64,000 bases of DNA, from contig OZ244999.1 of NCBI GenBank assembly GCA_965223265.1, positions 5,472,001 through 5,536,000 of the forward strand. Direction: 5' to 3'. A program made the position numbers and the translations under genes. This DNA is from Planctomycetota bacterium. GTDB lineage: Bacteria; Planctomycetota; UBA8108; SXIK01. Within the stretch, counting starts at the first letter, position 1. Every line of letters starts with the position of its first letter. Under the pieces are notes generated by a model. That model was not told the origin of the DNA. It was given only the letters and a program-made list of their open reading frames with translations, and ran no database searches. Shown one piece after another: positions 20,160 to 30,598 of this stretch.

Positions 20160-20318
20160 CAGCCCGTTGAAAAAGTCATTCGGCTGAGAAACCGGCCTCT
20201 TCACGCCCAGATCAGCCGCGGCGAGCCTCGAAAATCTCGGAGATTACCTGCGTTCGCCGCGGCTGATCTGGACGCGAAGCGACCAGTTTTCAGCTCGAAG
20301 CGCTTTTTCAACAGGCTG
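20160..20318. mobile_element. 159-bp MITE with 16-bp TIRs and TTAG target duplication
   Basis: ttag|CAGCCCGTTGAAAAAG ... CTTTTTCAACAGGCTG|ttag (15/16 inverted match); internal inverted arms CAGATCAGCCGCGGCGA / TCGCCGCGGCTGATCTG. Confidence 0.85.
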
Positions 20319-20436
20319 TTAGGGTGACTCGATCGGCGCTGGTGATCAATCGAAGCGCCAGCGATGTTCAACACCAAACCACTGCTCGGCGCTGAATCAT
20401 TCACTGTCCAGTATCGCTTCGCCTGTCCGACCCCCA

Positions 20437-23400
20437 TCAGCGGAACTGTGCTGCTTGCCGGTCGCCCCGCGACAGAAGATAGGCCAACAGATCGAGAACC
20501 TCGTCTTGGTTCAGCGGGTTGAGTAAACCAGCCGGCATCATCGACGTGGGGGACGGCATCATCTGTAGCACGTCCCCGCTGTTGATCGTTGTTAGGTCGT
20601 CTGGTTTCGTCATGTCCGTGTTAACGATGTAGCGCTCGCCGCTCATGTTGACGATGCGTCCGGTGTGGACCGAACCATCAAGGGTGACAAACGTCGTCGC
20701 CTCGTATTGATCCGAGACCGTCTTGCTCGGCTCGACGATCGACTCAATCAGATCGCGCACGCTGAAACGGCCGGCGACCCCAGTGAGGTCTGGACCGGTC
20801 GAGCCGCCGCGTCCGGCGAAGCGGTGGCACTGAAAGCAATAGGCTGCCGAGAACATCTTCTCGCCAGCCTCAAAGCTACGGCCGCGAAGACCAGCCTCTG
20901 CGATGCGGCTGAGCTGCTCGATCTGCCATTCCCGCCCCGGCCCCGTCGGCTTAGGGAGCTGAGCGAACGCCTCAGCGCTTGAAGCCTCGACGAGCACGTC
21001 TGCGAGCGACTCTTTCTCTGACGCGGTGAGGTTTTCAACCGCCTCCTTCTTTATGTTGCGGACGAAACCGTTGAAGCTATGACCGCCGAAAAAGCCTTGG
21101 GCTTTGCTAAACCACTCGAAGTAGGCACGGCGCGCCGACGCTGTCCAACCGCTCTTCATGTTGCGCAGGGCGAGGGCGTAGCCGATTTGCTCTTCCTGCG
21201 TCGGTGCGTTCCGCATGAGCTCGACCGTCTTGCTCGCCACGTGCGGCGCCTCGAGATAGATGAGCAGCTGGCTCAGCTCGCGATTGAGGGGCTCCGATGT
21301 CGCTGGATAGAGCGGATTGAAACGAAGAGCAAGACGCGACGCCGTCGCCGCGTCGGGCCTCCCCATGCGGATGAACGCCAGTCCGTAGGCCCGCAAGAGG
21401 CCGAGTTGCTGCTGCTCGCTGAGCGAACGCCAGTGGATGCGTTCAAGCGCCTCGATGAGCTGCGGCCGCAGCGATGCGCCGCCATGACGCGCCAGTGCGA
21501 TCGCACCTTCGATCAGAACCCGTGGTTCGTTCGCCTCGAGGATTCTCTGTTGCCACGTGGCGACAGGCTGATGTTCCAAGGCGATGCGCGCCGCGTAACG
21601 TACGAATCGGTCCGGGTGCGCAAGAGCGGCAACCGCTGCTGCTACCGCGCGCTCGTCGCGGCGGCCGTGAAACGCCTCCAGCTTACGCCGCAGGTCGCGC
21701 GCTGGGCTCGCGGGCACGCGCTTCGAAAAGTCTTGGACAGGATCCGGCTTTTCATGCGTGACGCGATAGAGGCCCGATTGAGCGCGGCGGCCGCCCACCG
21801 TGAAGTAGAGCGCGCCGTCGTGCGGATTCGCGACGACGTCGCTCACCGGCAGAGGCGTACCGGCGACGAACTGCTCCACCTCGCCGCGCCACGTAGCCCC
21901 ATCTTCGCTCAGGTGTACGGCGAAGATCTTGCCGTACGACCAGTCGCACATGAAAAGTGCCTGCTGGTACTTGCTAGGAAACTTCGTGCCGTACCCAAAA
22001 GCGATTCCCGTCGGTGATCCCGGCCCAATGTCAACGACGCTGCCCAGATTGTCCGGATAGTACGTCGGCCATTTCGCCGTCCCCGAACGCCAACCGTACT
22101 CACCGCCACTGACGACGTGGTTGACGCGTGTCGGCCGGTACCATGCCGTGCCGACGTCCCACTCCATATCGGCGTCAAAGGTGAACAGATCCCCGGCGGC
22201 GTTGAACGCAGCATCGAACTCGTTACGAAATCCGTTGGCGAAGAGCTCCCACTCTTTCCCTTCCGGGTCGGTGCGTGCAATCCAGCCGCCCGGCGCCAGC
22301 TTGCCGCGAGCGTGCCCCGTCGCGTCCCATTGGCGCCCGAGAAGAACGTCCTCGTCCCACACCCGAGGCACCACAGACTTCTCGGGGTCGGGAATGTCGG
22401 TGTGGTTTCCGCCCACAATGTAGAGAGACCTGCCGTCAGGGCTCAGAAGCACCGCATGCGGACCATGCTCGCCGCCGCCTTTGATCTTGCGCAATAGCTT
22501 GACGTCGTCGTAGACGTCGTCGCCGTCTGTATCACGAACGCGATACAGTCCGCCGCGCCGATTCTCGTTGCCGACGACGTAAAGACTATCAAACGCACAG
22601 AGGAGGCCGTGAGCGCCGCCAACGTCGAGGTCGATCTTCTCAATCTTCGGCAAGGTGGACGCACCGGCGGCCGGTGGGGTGACCCGATAAAGTCCGCCGT
22701 ACTGGTCGGAGACGATCAGTCGCCCCTTCGGATCCGGCGTCAGGTTGACCCACGATCCGTGCTCTTCCTTCGGCACGGAGTAGAGGAGTTCCACTTTGAA
22801 ACCCGGCAGCGTCTGCAGCTTCTGTGCCGCGGTGGCACGAATCGCAAGAGGCTGCACAGTACTCGTAATCCCCCAGACCGACACCGCTCGCCCAAACGGT
22901 TCGCCGCCAGCCGGTGCGATCTCCCACGGTGTGGCCCATCCGGCAGCCGCGAAGTCGCTTCTGCGCCAGCCGTCCGCCGCTAGCGTGTGGGCCTGCCAGC
23001 CGCTGTCAGTGACGATCACCTGCTCGCCACCGTCTTCGCTTTCAATCGCCAGGTGGGCAAGAAAGCCTGCCTTCGAACCTGTGTTCTGCACTTCCGCGGC
23101 AATCACGTTGTCGCCGATGCGCAGCTTGCCCGCGATGTCGGCGCGTGCCGGTGGGTTGACGGTACGGCTCGTAAGAACCTCTTCGCCGTTGACATAAACC
23201 GTCGCCGAGTTGTCCACCGCGACAGCGAGCGTAGCTTTTCGGGCTTTCTTGCTGATGGGCACTACTTTGCGCAGATAGATCGTACCATCCTTGATCTCCC
23301 GCCCACTCCAAATCCATTTCGGCACGGCGGGCGGATCAAGAAAGCCCAAGTGCTGCATCCAGTCGCGAGCCAGAGCAGGCCAGCTACGCGTCGTCTCATC

Positions 23401-24213
23401 GCGATCGAGTCCGACTCCGTGCCGGCCAGACCGATAGACGTGCAGCTCTGCGTCAATGCCAGTTTTCCGCAGCGCCTTGTAGTAAAGAAGGCTGTTCTCA
23501 ACAACAACCGGACGGTCGGTGGTGGTATGGAACAGGAAGGCCGGCGGTGTGTCCTTGCTGACCTGGAGCTCCAGCGAAAGCTGCTGGACGAGGTCCGCAG
23601 GAGCCGGTTCGCCGAGGAGGTTGCGGCGCGAGCCGCGATGAGTGTGAGGGTCGGTGAGAGTGATGACTGGGTACGCAAGAATCGAAAAATCCGGCCGCGA
23701 CGAAACCCGAGAGATCGCATCGTCGGAGTCTTCGTCGCCTGGGACAAACAGCGTCGACGCCGACGCCGCGAGGTGGCCTCCGGCAGAAAAGCCAAGGACG
23801 CCGATGCGATCGGGCGAAAGTTCGAAGCGCACCGAACTGGCTCGGACGAACTGAAGCGCGCGCCGCACGTCCTGAAGCGGCGCCGGATGACCGTATCGCG
23901 GCGCGTGCCGGTACTTGAGCACCACGCCGGTGACGCCAAACGAATTCAGCCAGCGGCCGACCTCATGCCCCTCCTTGTCGATCGCGAGACCGCCGTATCC
24001 TCCTCCAGGACAGATGACGACCGCAGCTCCGACGTTCGATTCGGCCGGTGGCCGATGCACGAAGAGTAAGGGGATGTCCGCCGCGCTCTCCCCCACTGCG
24101 CCCGGGACACCGAGCGGCCAAAGCGGCACAGGTTGCGGCACGTTCGCATCGTCAGCGTACGTGTGGTCAGCGGCGGTCAGGATGAACAAGAGAAGAGTGA
24201 CAAGTTGGCGCAT
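20437..24213 (-). CDS. secreted fusion: alpha/beta-hydrolase esterase + beta-sandwich sugar-binding module + PVC-type heme-binding dehydrogenase with HEAT repeats and cytochrome c
   Basis: Signal peptide MRQLVTLLLF; CPGGGY, GFSAGGHLA, D..V and HG.G; PKWIW...YLRK...VDN..VYVNG; GEHGPH, GFRN.FD, DADMEWD and GPGSPTG; CFQCH...GPDLT. Confidence 0.88.
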   Translation of the reverse strand: MRQLVTLLLFILTAADHTYADDANVPQPVPLWPLGVPGAVGESAADIPLLFVHRPPAESNVGAAVVICPGGGYGGLAIDKEGHEVGRWLNSFGVTGVVLKYRHAPRYGHPAPLQDVRRALQFVRASSVRFELSPDRIGVLGFSAGGHLAASASTLFVPGDEDSDDAISRVSSRPDFSILAYPVITLTDPHTHRGSRRNLLGEPAPADLVQQLSLELQVSKDTPPAFLFHTTTDRPVVVENSLLYYKALRKTGIDAELHVYRSGRHGVGLDRDETTRSWPALARDWMQHLGFLDPPAVPKWIWSGREIKDGTIYLRKVVPISKKARKATLAVAVDNSATVYVNGEEVLTSRTVNPPARADIAGKLRIGDNVIAAEVQNTGSKAGFLAHLAIESEDGGEQVIVTDSGWQAHTLAADGWRRSDFAAAGWATPWEIAPAGGEPFGRAVSVWGITSTVQPLAIRATAAQKLQTLPGFKVELLYSVPKEEHGSWVNLTPDPKGRLIVSDQYGGLYRVTPPAAGASTLPKIEKIDLDVGGAHGLLCAFDSLYVVGNENRRGGLYRVRDTDGDDVYDDVKLLRKIKGGGEHGPHAVLLSPDGRSLYIVGGNHTDIPDPEKSVVPRVWDEDVLLGRQWDATGHARGKLAPGGWIARTDPEGKEWELFANGFRNEFDAAFNAAGDLFTFDADMEWDVGTAWYRPTRVNHVVSGGEYGWRSGTAKWPTYYPDNLGSVVDIGPGSPTGIAFGYGTKFPSKYQQALFMCDWSYGKIFAVHLSEDGATWRGEVEQFVAGTPLPVSDVVANPHDGALYFTVGGRRAQSGLYRVTHEKPDPVQDFSKRVPASPARDLRRKLEAFHGRRDERAVAAAVAALAHPDRFVRYAARIALEHQPVATWQQRILEANEPRVLIEGAIALARHGGASLRPQLIEALERIHWRSLSEQQQLGLLRAYGLAFIRMGRPDAATASRLALRFNPLYPATSEPLNRELSQLLIYLEAPHVASKTVELMRNAPTQEEQIGYALALRNMKSGWTASARRAYFEWFSKAQGFFGGHSFNGFVRNIKKEAVENLTASEKESLADVLVEASSAEAFAQLPKPTGPGREWQIEQLSRIAEAGLRGRSFEAGEKMFSAAYCFQCHRFAGRGGSTGPDLTGVAGRFSVRDLIESIVEPSKTVSDQYEATTFVTLDGSVHTGRIVNMSGERYIVNTDMTKPDDLTTINSGDVLQMMPSPTSMMPAGLLNPLNQDEVLDLLAYLLSRGDRQAAQFR

Positions 24214-24382
24214 GGTATCTTTCAGCTTGACTGGGACATTGAGAACCGTGCCGAATCGACGCGACCATCGTGCCGTCGGATCTTCACGGCGAAGACGAAC
24301 GTCAACGTGTGCCCGGGAGCTGGGCCAGGTCGGGCATTGTAGCAGATGATTCGCCGCAACCGAATGCAGAGAGGTCGCGAGT

Positions 24383-24426
24383 TCGGGTGGCTGTCGGGTC
24401 GCTGTCGGGTCGCTGTCGGGTGGGCG
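24383..24426 (+). repeat. 11-bp direct repeat (TCGGGTCGCTG) x about 4 in a divergent intergenic region
   Basis: Units start at 24383, 24394, 24405 and 24416. Confidence 0.7.
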
Positions 24427-24594
24427 CCAGGGCGAACGGCACCGATTCTTCGCGACCTTCTGACTCCAATGCCGCTCGGGCCGCACCGCTGAGGCATTTT
24501 GATTAAGTTTTGCTCGAAACGGCTAGCGCTGTTTCGCGAAAATGTAGCTTCGACGCTCGAACCGTTCCAGACTCCCGAGAGCGAATGATCAACG

Positions 24595-27441
24595 ATGCTT
24601 CACAGATTCACACTCGCGTGTCTCGCTAGTTTGTCTGGCTTCTTCGTGCTGGTTCGTGCCGCGGACGAACCGAGCCCACAGCCAGAGTTCAGCGCCGAGA
24701 ACATCGAGTTCTTCGAGTCGAAGATTCGCCCGGTGCTGGTCGAAGAGTGCTACGAATGTCACAGTACACGCTCCGCGACTGTCGAGGCGGGCTTGACGCT
24801 CGACAGCCGCGCCGCGCTCATCGAGGGCGGCGACAGCGGCGCGGTGATCGCGCCGGGGAGCCCGGAAGAAAGCTTGCTGATCCAAGCGATCAGCTACCGC
24901 AGCGAAACTTTGGCCATGCCGCCGCAGCGCAAGCTCACGGCCGAAGTGCAGCGAGACTTTGCGACCTGGGTTCGCCTGGGAGCTCCGTGGCCTCCGGGAG
25001 AGACTCCTTCGACTCGCGCCGACGCGGCAGCATGGGACTGGCCAACAATCCGCGAGGCTCATTGGGCGTGGCGACCGGTCGCGCAGCCGGAACCGCCGCC
25101 GGTACGTGACCAAGATTGGCCGCGCTCAGAACTCGACCATTTTGTCTTGGCGCGGTTGGAGGCGTCCGGCCTCACTCCTGCACCGGCAGTTGATCGACGG
25201 ACGCTGATTCGGCGCGCGTACTTCGACCTATTGGGTTTACCGCCGACGCCACGGGAGGTTGATGCGTTCCTCGTCGACACCAGCGACCGAGCTTTTGAGA
25301 AGGTCATTGACCGTCTGCTCGCCGATGCCGCCTACGGCGAACGCTGGGGCCGTCACTGGCTCGATGTGGCACGCTACAGTGACGGCTTCGGAGCTTTTTC
25401 AGATCAGCGGCCGAGGGAATTCGCCTATCGATTTCGTGATTGGGTCACCGAAGCTCTGGCGCTGGACACTCCGTACGACCTCTTCGTGAAGTACCAGATC
25501 GCCGGCGATCTCATCGCTGGCGGCGAACATGCCGCGGCAACTGGCTTTTTCGCGCTCGGCCCGACGTACCGTTCGGACGGAGGTGCGCCGGAGAGCGTAG
25601 CACAAGCGCGCGCCGAGACGCTCGACGATCGTGTCGACACACTCTCACGCGGTTTCATGGCTCTGACCGTGTCCTGTGCTCGGTGTCACGACCACAAATT
25701 CGATCCCGTGCCAACGCAGGACTACTACTCGCTCGCGGGCGTGTTCAATAACAGCAAAGAGTTCGACAAACCGACGGCGCCCGAAGAGGTCGTTCAGCGC
25801 TACGACGACGCACAAGCTGCCATCCGCGCGGCAGAACAGAAACGGCGTGACCGCTCGAATGCCCTGAGGCGGCGGGAAGAAAAACGGCTTCAGCGTCGCG
25901 TCGGAATCTATGTCAACGCCGCGTTGGCATTCGTCTTGAAGTACGGTACTTCGGCCTCTCCGGAAGGGCGATCAGCCTACGCCGCCGACAACGATTTAGT
26001 CGGTCAGGTGCTCGATCGCTGGGTCGGCTTTCTGTCGACGCCGAACAACCGCGGGCGACTGCCGCGACTTGACCCTCTCTTTGACGCACTGCACAGCAGT
26101 GCACAGCCCTCGACCAGCGGCGACGATCGCCAGTCTTTAGACCCTGATCTTGCAGAGGCGATTGACGCCTTTGAGTCCAACGTCGTCCGACTTCTGGAGC
26201 GTCAGGAGGCTCAGCGGCGGGATCAGAAATCGACAGGAGAAGGTCCGAAGAACGAGGCCGAGGCAAGCGACACGGAATCCAAGGTACTCTTCGAGATCAT
26301 CGATCCACTCTGCTCGCTCAACCGAGCCTTCCGAAATCTCCTGAACGAAACAGAACGACAAGAGCTCGATGATCTGCTCGCCCGGCGAACGCAACTCGAA
26401 GAAAACGCACCACCGAAGTACCCGGTTCTGCACACAATCGCTGACAGTGGCAGCGCCGACATGCGCGTCGCACTGCGCGGTAATCCACTCAAGTTTGGCG
26501 AACTCGCGCCGCGCCGTTTTCTGCGATTGATTGCTGGAGACGCCCCCCAACTCTTCACGCGCGGCAGCGGTCGTCTGGATCTCGCCGACGCCGTCGCTCG
26601 CGCGGACAATCCGCTCACCGCGCGTGTCATCGTTAATCGCGCTTGGCTTCATCACTTTGGGAGAGCCCTTGTGCGTTCGCCCAGCAATTTTGGGACTCTC
26701 GGCGAGCGACCGACCCACCCGCTTCTCTTGGATTGGCTCGCGACCAAACTCATCCAGAACGGCTGGTCCCTCAAAGCTTTCCACCGCGCCGTCATGCTCT
26801 CCGCCACCTACCGCATGAGCAGCGACTTCGATGCGGATCATTTCGCCCGGGACGGCGACAACCGCCTCGTTTGGCGCACGAATCCACGTCGCCTCGACGT
26901 CGAAGCTTGGCGCGACAGCGTGCTCGCCGTGACCGCAACCCTCGATCGTCGACTCGGCGGCCAACCGACGCAGGAGCTACTCGAAGGCCGACGTCGGACC
27001 CTTTATTCAATTGTCAGCCGCAATCAAGATCGCTTCGAGTCCGACGCGTTTCTCCTGCTGTTCGATTTTCCGAGCCCCCGTATCACAAGTGCCCGCCGCA
27101 CCGTGAGCACCGTGCCGCAACAGTTCTTGTTCCTGCTCAACAGCGAGTTCATGGTCAATAGCGCGAAGAAACTCGCAGCGCAACTCGTCGCCAGCTCTGA
27201 AACAGACTCCGCACGCATCAACACGGCGTATGCGCTCCTCTTCGCACGCCAACCCAGTGCCGCGGAGAGGCACGCGGCACTTGAGTTTCTGCAGACAACC
27301 CCAGCGCAGTCATCGACGGCTCCAGTTTCGGCTCCGACCGCACCAGAGCGGGCGGCCAACTCACGCCCGGCAGGGTTGACCCTGTGGGAACAATATGCTC
27401 AGGTGTTGTTGAGCTCGCACGAATTCCGATCGGTTCGTTAG
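24595..27441 (+). CDS. planctomycete cytochrome c + DUF1549 + DUF1553 (PSD1) protein
   Basis: FFESKIRPVL..CYECH, HWAW, YGERWGRHWLDVARY, CARCHDHKFDP, NPLTARV.VNR.W and PTHP.LLDWLA. Confidence 0.95.
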   Translation: MLHRFTLACLASLSGFFVLVRAADEPSPQPEFSAENIEFFESKIRPVLVEECYECHSTRSATVEAGLTLDSRAALIEGGDSGAVIAPGSPEESLLIQAISYRSETLAMPPQRKLTAEVQRDFATWVRLGAPWPPGETPSTRADAAAWDWPTIREAHWAWRPVAQPEPPPVRDQDWPRSELDHFVLARLEASGLTPAPAVDRRTLIRRAYFDLLGLPPTPREVDAFLVDTSDRAFEKVIDRLLADAAYGERWGRHWLDVARYSDGFGAFSDQRPREFAYRFRDWVTEALALDTPYDLFVKYQIAGDLIAGGEHAAATGFFALGPTYRSDGGAPESVAQARAETLDDRVDTLSRGFMALTVSCARCHDHKFDPVPTQDYYSLAGVFNNSKEFDKPTAPEEVVQRYDDAQAAIRAAEQKRRDRSNALRRREEKRLQRRVGIYVNAALAFVLKYGTSASPEGRSAYAADNDLVGQVLDRWVGFLSTPNNRGRLPRLDPLFDALHSSAQPSTSGDDRQSLDPDLAEAIDAFESNVVRLLERQEAQRRDQKSTGEGPKNEAEASDTESKVLFEIIDPLCSLNRAFRNLLNETERQELDDLLARRTQLEENAPPKYPVLHTIADSGSADMRVALRGNPLKFGELAPRRFLRLIAGDAPQLFTRGSGRLDLADAVARADNPLTARVIVNRAWLHHFGRALVRSPSNFGTLGERPTHPLLLDWLATKLIQNGWSLKAFHRAVMLSATYRMSSDFDADHFARDGDNRLVWRTNPRRLDVEAWRDSVLAVTATLDRRLGGQPTQELLEGRRRTLYSIVSRNQDRFESDAFLLLFDFPSPRITSARRTVSTVPQQFLFLLNSEFMVNSAKKLAAQLVASSETDSARINTAYALLFARQPSAAERHAALEFLQTTPAQSSTAPVSAPTAPERAANSRPAGLTLWEQYAQVLLSSHEFRSVR

Positions 27442-27498
27442 CATGAGTCTCAGCAGTTGACAGGCCGCAATAGACCATAAGCTCGACGGGTGTCTTCG

Positions 27499-29001
27499 AT
27501 GGATTTCAATGACCGAAACAATCCTCGTGCGAGATGCTGGTTTGGTCCACGACCGTCACACCCGTTTGTCACGCGTCGGGAGATGTTGAGCCGCCTCGGC
27601 GGCGGCGTCGGCTCCATCGGCCTACTGCAGGCTTTGGCGGGCAGCGGATCGCTTCGCGCGTCTCCGACCGCGGCAGGGGTCGAAGAGCAGCCGCACACGC
27701 CGGTGGCCACCTCGCCGCTCGCTCCCAAAGTGCCTCACTTCGCGCCGCGCGCTACGCGCATGATTCAACTCTTCATGCCAGGCGGCCCCTCGCACGTAGA
27801 TACGTTCGATTACAAGCCGGACATTGCCAAGTACGCCGGTCAACGACCTGGCGAAGTCGATCTCAGGTCGCTGCGCAACACCAAAGGCGGACTCATGAAG
27901 TCGCCGTTCGGATTCAAGCGCTACGGTCAGAGCGGCCACTGGGTGAGCGACATCTTTCCGCACGTCGCCGAGTGTGTCGACGAGATCTGTTTCATCCACT
28001 CGATGCACACCGACATACCGGAGCATGCCGGTGGCATTTTGATGATGAATCTCGGACACTTGCAGCCGAACCGCCCGAGTATGGGGTCTTGGCTTGTCTA
28101 CGGCCTGGGAACTGAGAATCAAAACCTGCCTGGCTTCGTTTCCATGTGCCCGCGCGCTGAACCGCGCGGCCGCAAGTCGAACTGGGGGAGTAGTTTTCTT
28201 CCCGGGGAGTACGGCGGCTGCCACATCAATCTGGGAAAGATGCAGCAGGACGCGGTCGTACCGCACCTCGTCAACCCTCGGCTTGGACGCGACGCGCAGC
28301 GACGTCAAACGCTGCTCTGGCAGCGCTTGAGCAACTTGCAGCTTGAGAAGGTCGAGCGCGATCATGACCTCGAAGCGAGCATTGAGGCCATGGAGATGGC
28401 GTTTCGTATGCAGTTCGCCGTGCCGGAGGCGTTCGATACGAAACACGAAACCCAGGCGACAAAGGACCTCTACGGCGAGGGCGATTTCGCCAAGGGATGC
28501 CTGATCGCGCGGCGACTTGTGGAGCGTGGCGTGCGCGTCGTCCAGCTCTCGATCTCGATCGACGAATACGATATTCCCTGGGACACTGGCCATCACGACA
28601 TCGCGGGCGGCCACAAAGTCCTGGCGCAGTCGTGTGACCGTGGAATCGCCGCGCTCTTGCGCGACCTCCGTGCCCGAGGTCTTCTCGAAGAGACGCTCGT
28701 GGTTTGGGGCGGCGAGTTCGGGCGCGCTCCAACCTCCGAAGGCAAACGCGGACGCGACCACAATCACTACGGCTACACAACCTGGCTTGCGGGCGGTGGC
28801 GTACGTCCCGGCATGAGCTATGGGGCGACGGACCGGTTTGGTCTACGGGCGGTCGAGAATCGCGTCCACGTGCACGATTTGCACGCGACGATTCTCCACC
28901 TCATGGGCCTCGATCACGAACGACTCACCTATCGCTACTCGGGCCGCGACTTCCGCCTCACTGACGTTCACGGCAAGGTGATCTCGGACATTTTGGCGTA
29001 G
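27499..29001 (+). CDS. DUF1501 family protein (Tat-exported)
   Basis: TRREML, FMPGGPSHVDTFDYKP, PSMGSW..YGLG.EN.NLP, ARRLVERGVR, WGGEFGR.P, GRDHN and RDFRLTDV. Confidence 0.95.
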   Translation: MDFNDRNNPRARCWFGPRPSHPFVTRREMLSRLGGGVGSIGLLQALAGSGSLRASPTAAGVEEQPHTPVATSPLAPKVPHFAPRATRMIQLFMPGGPSHVDTFDYKPDIAKYAGQRPGEVDLRSLRNTKGGLMKSPFGFKRYGQSGHWVSDIFPHVAECVDEICFIHSMHTDIPEHAGGILMMNLGHLQPNRPSMGSWLVYGLGTENQNLPGFVSMCPRAEPRGRKSNWGSSFLPGEYGGCHINLGKMQQDAVVPHLVNPRLGRDAQRRQTLLWQRLSNLQLEKVERDHDLEASIEAMEMAFRMQFAVPEAFDTKHETQATKDLYGEGDFAKGCLIARRLVERGVRVVQLSISIDEYDIPWDTGHHDIAGGHKVLAQSCDRGIAALLRDLRARGLLEETLVVWGGEFGRAPTSEGKRGRDHNHYGYTTWLAGGGVRPGMSYGATDRFGLRAVENRVHVHDLHATILHLMGLDHERLTYRYSGRDFRLTDVHGKVISDILA

Positions 29002-29112
29002 CGTGCGACGTGAGGCGATCGCAAATGAGCCACAAGATGCCGGCGGTGCGATCCTTGTATGCCGCGACGCAGCAGCAGACGACGCACCCGACGACCGAGG
29101 AACTCGCTGATC

Positions 29113-30366
29113 ATGGCCACTGAATCGATCGACACCGCGTCCGGCGGCGCGCGCCGCTGGTACGAGCGCATCGGCCCAGGCATCATCACCGCCTGCGTCG
29201 TCATCGGCCCAGGAAGTATTCTGACAAGCTCGAAGACGGGTGCAGCCCACGGTTACTCGTTGGCGTGGGTTGTTGCTGCAGCCGTCGTTTTCATGCTCGT
29301 CTTCATGACACTTGGCGCCAAACTCGGCGTCATCGCGGGCACCTCGCCGGGCGACCTCATCAGAGCACGAGGAGGACGCCCTCTCGCGATCCTGATCGGC
29401 GTCGGAATCTTCATGATCTCGGCCGGCTTTCAGTTCGGCAACAATCTGGGCGTGCACTCTGCCTTTGCGGCGCTTGGATTGGAATGGGACTATACGGCGG
29501 TCGCGTTCAATGCTGTTTCGATTCTGTTTCTTTTCGGCTTCAAGAATCTCTATCGTGCTGTTGAACGCCTGATGATGGGGCTGGTCGGACTGATGCTCCT
29601 GTCGTTCGTCATCAACCTCATATTCGCCAAGCCGCACCTCGGCGAGTTGGCTGCAGGCTTTCTCCCAGGTCGCACGAAAATTGACATCACCCTCCTTGGA
29701 CTCGTCGGCACGACATTCGTCGTCTCAGCGGGGTACTTTCAGGCTTTTCTCGTGCAGCAGAAAGGCTGGGGGAAGCCTGAGCTACGCAGCGGACTGCTGG
29801 ACGCTCGCGTCGGTTCGGTGATCATGGCGCTCATCACGCTGATGCTGATGTGGACTGCAGCGGCCGGTCTGCGTAACGAGTCGCTCAACAACGTCGAAGA
29901 AGTCGCGCAAGGGCTCAACCCACTCTTCGGCGGTTGGGGTCAGCCCATCTTCTGCCTCGGACTCTTCTCTGCTGCCTATTCTTCCTTCCTGGTGAACTCG
30001 ATGATCGGTGGGTTCATTCTGTCGGACGGACTGGGCTTAGGCTCGAAGCCAACGGACCGCTGGCCACGTTTGTTCACCGTCTTCGTTCTGCTCACCGGCA
30101 TGTTCATCGCGCTCTACGCGATCAAATCAGGAACGCGCCCAGTCGCCGCGATCGTGACAGCACAGGCGCTGACGGTCATTGCCTCACCGCTCGCCGCCGG
30201 CGCGCTTCTGTGGCTAACCAACCGACGCGACGTCATGGGGGAGGAGCGCAACGGCCCGCTCCTCAACATTCTCGGCGGCCTGGGATTCCTCATTCTCCTG
30301 GCCATGGCGTGGCGGACGGCCGCGTACAACGTGTGGCCGGCGATCGCGGCTTGGCTTGAGGGCTAG
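29113..30366 (+). CDS. NRAMP-family divalent metal transporter-like protein
   Basis: IGPGIITACVVIGPGSI....GA..GY.L.W, FQFGNN, LVGTT and GLFSAAYSS; about 11 TM segments. Confidence 0.85.
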   Translation: MATESIDTASGGARRWYERIGPGIITACVVIGPGSILTSSKTGAAHGYSLAWVVAAAVVFMLVFMTLGAKLGVIAGTSPGDLIRARGGRPLAILIGVGIFMISAGFQFGNNLGVHSAFAALGLEWDYTAVAFNAVSILFLFGFKNLYRAVERLMMGLVGLMLLSFVINLIFAKPHLGELAAGFLPGRTKIDITLLGLVGTTFVVSAGYFQAFLVQQKGWGKPELRSGLLDARVGSVIMALITLMLMWTAAAGLRNESLNNVEEVAQGLNPLFGGWGQPIFCLGLFSAAYSSFLVNSMIGGFILSDGLGLGSKPTDRWPRLFTVFVLLTGMFIALYAIKSGTRPVAAIVTAQALTVIASPLAAGALLWLTNRRDVMGEERNGPLLNILGGLGFLILLAMAWRTAAYNVWPAIAAWLEG

Positions 30367-30389
30367 TCCCAGGACGAAGAACGGCCGCG

Positions 30390-30539
30390 TTTGCGTTTGC
30401 GTTTGCGTTTGCGTTTGCGTTTGCGTTTGCGTTTGCGTTTGCGTTTGCGTTTGCGTTTGCGTTTGCGTTTGCGTTTGCGTGGCCGTGGCCGTGACCGTGA
30501 CCGTGACCGTGACCGTGACCGTGACCGTGACCGTGGGCG
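30390..30539 (+). repeat. compound hexamer array (TTTGCG)15(TGGCCG)2(TGACCG)7(TGGGCG)
   Basis: 25 in-register units counted from the sequence. Confidence 0.95.
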
Positions 30540-30598
30540 CGCGCCTCTGTCTCAAGCCCGCCGTGTTGCACATGCACGGCGGGCCCGAGGCCCCTGCG

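Noticed and set aside
24214-24486. Long N-terminal extensions given by the ORF track (also for the 2414, 7369, 18693, 39942, 49279, 50319, 55280 and 56892 ORFs)
   Set aside because: Downstream starts have an RBS, signal peptide or family N-terminus; the extensions overlap neighbours or promoters
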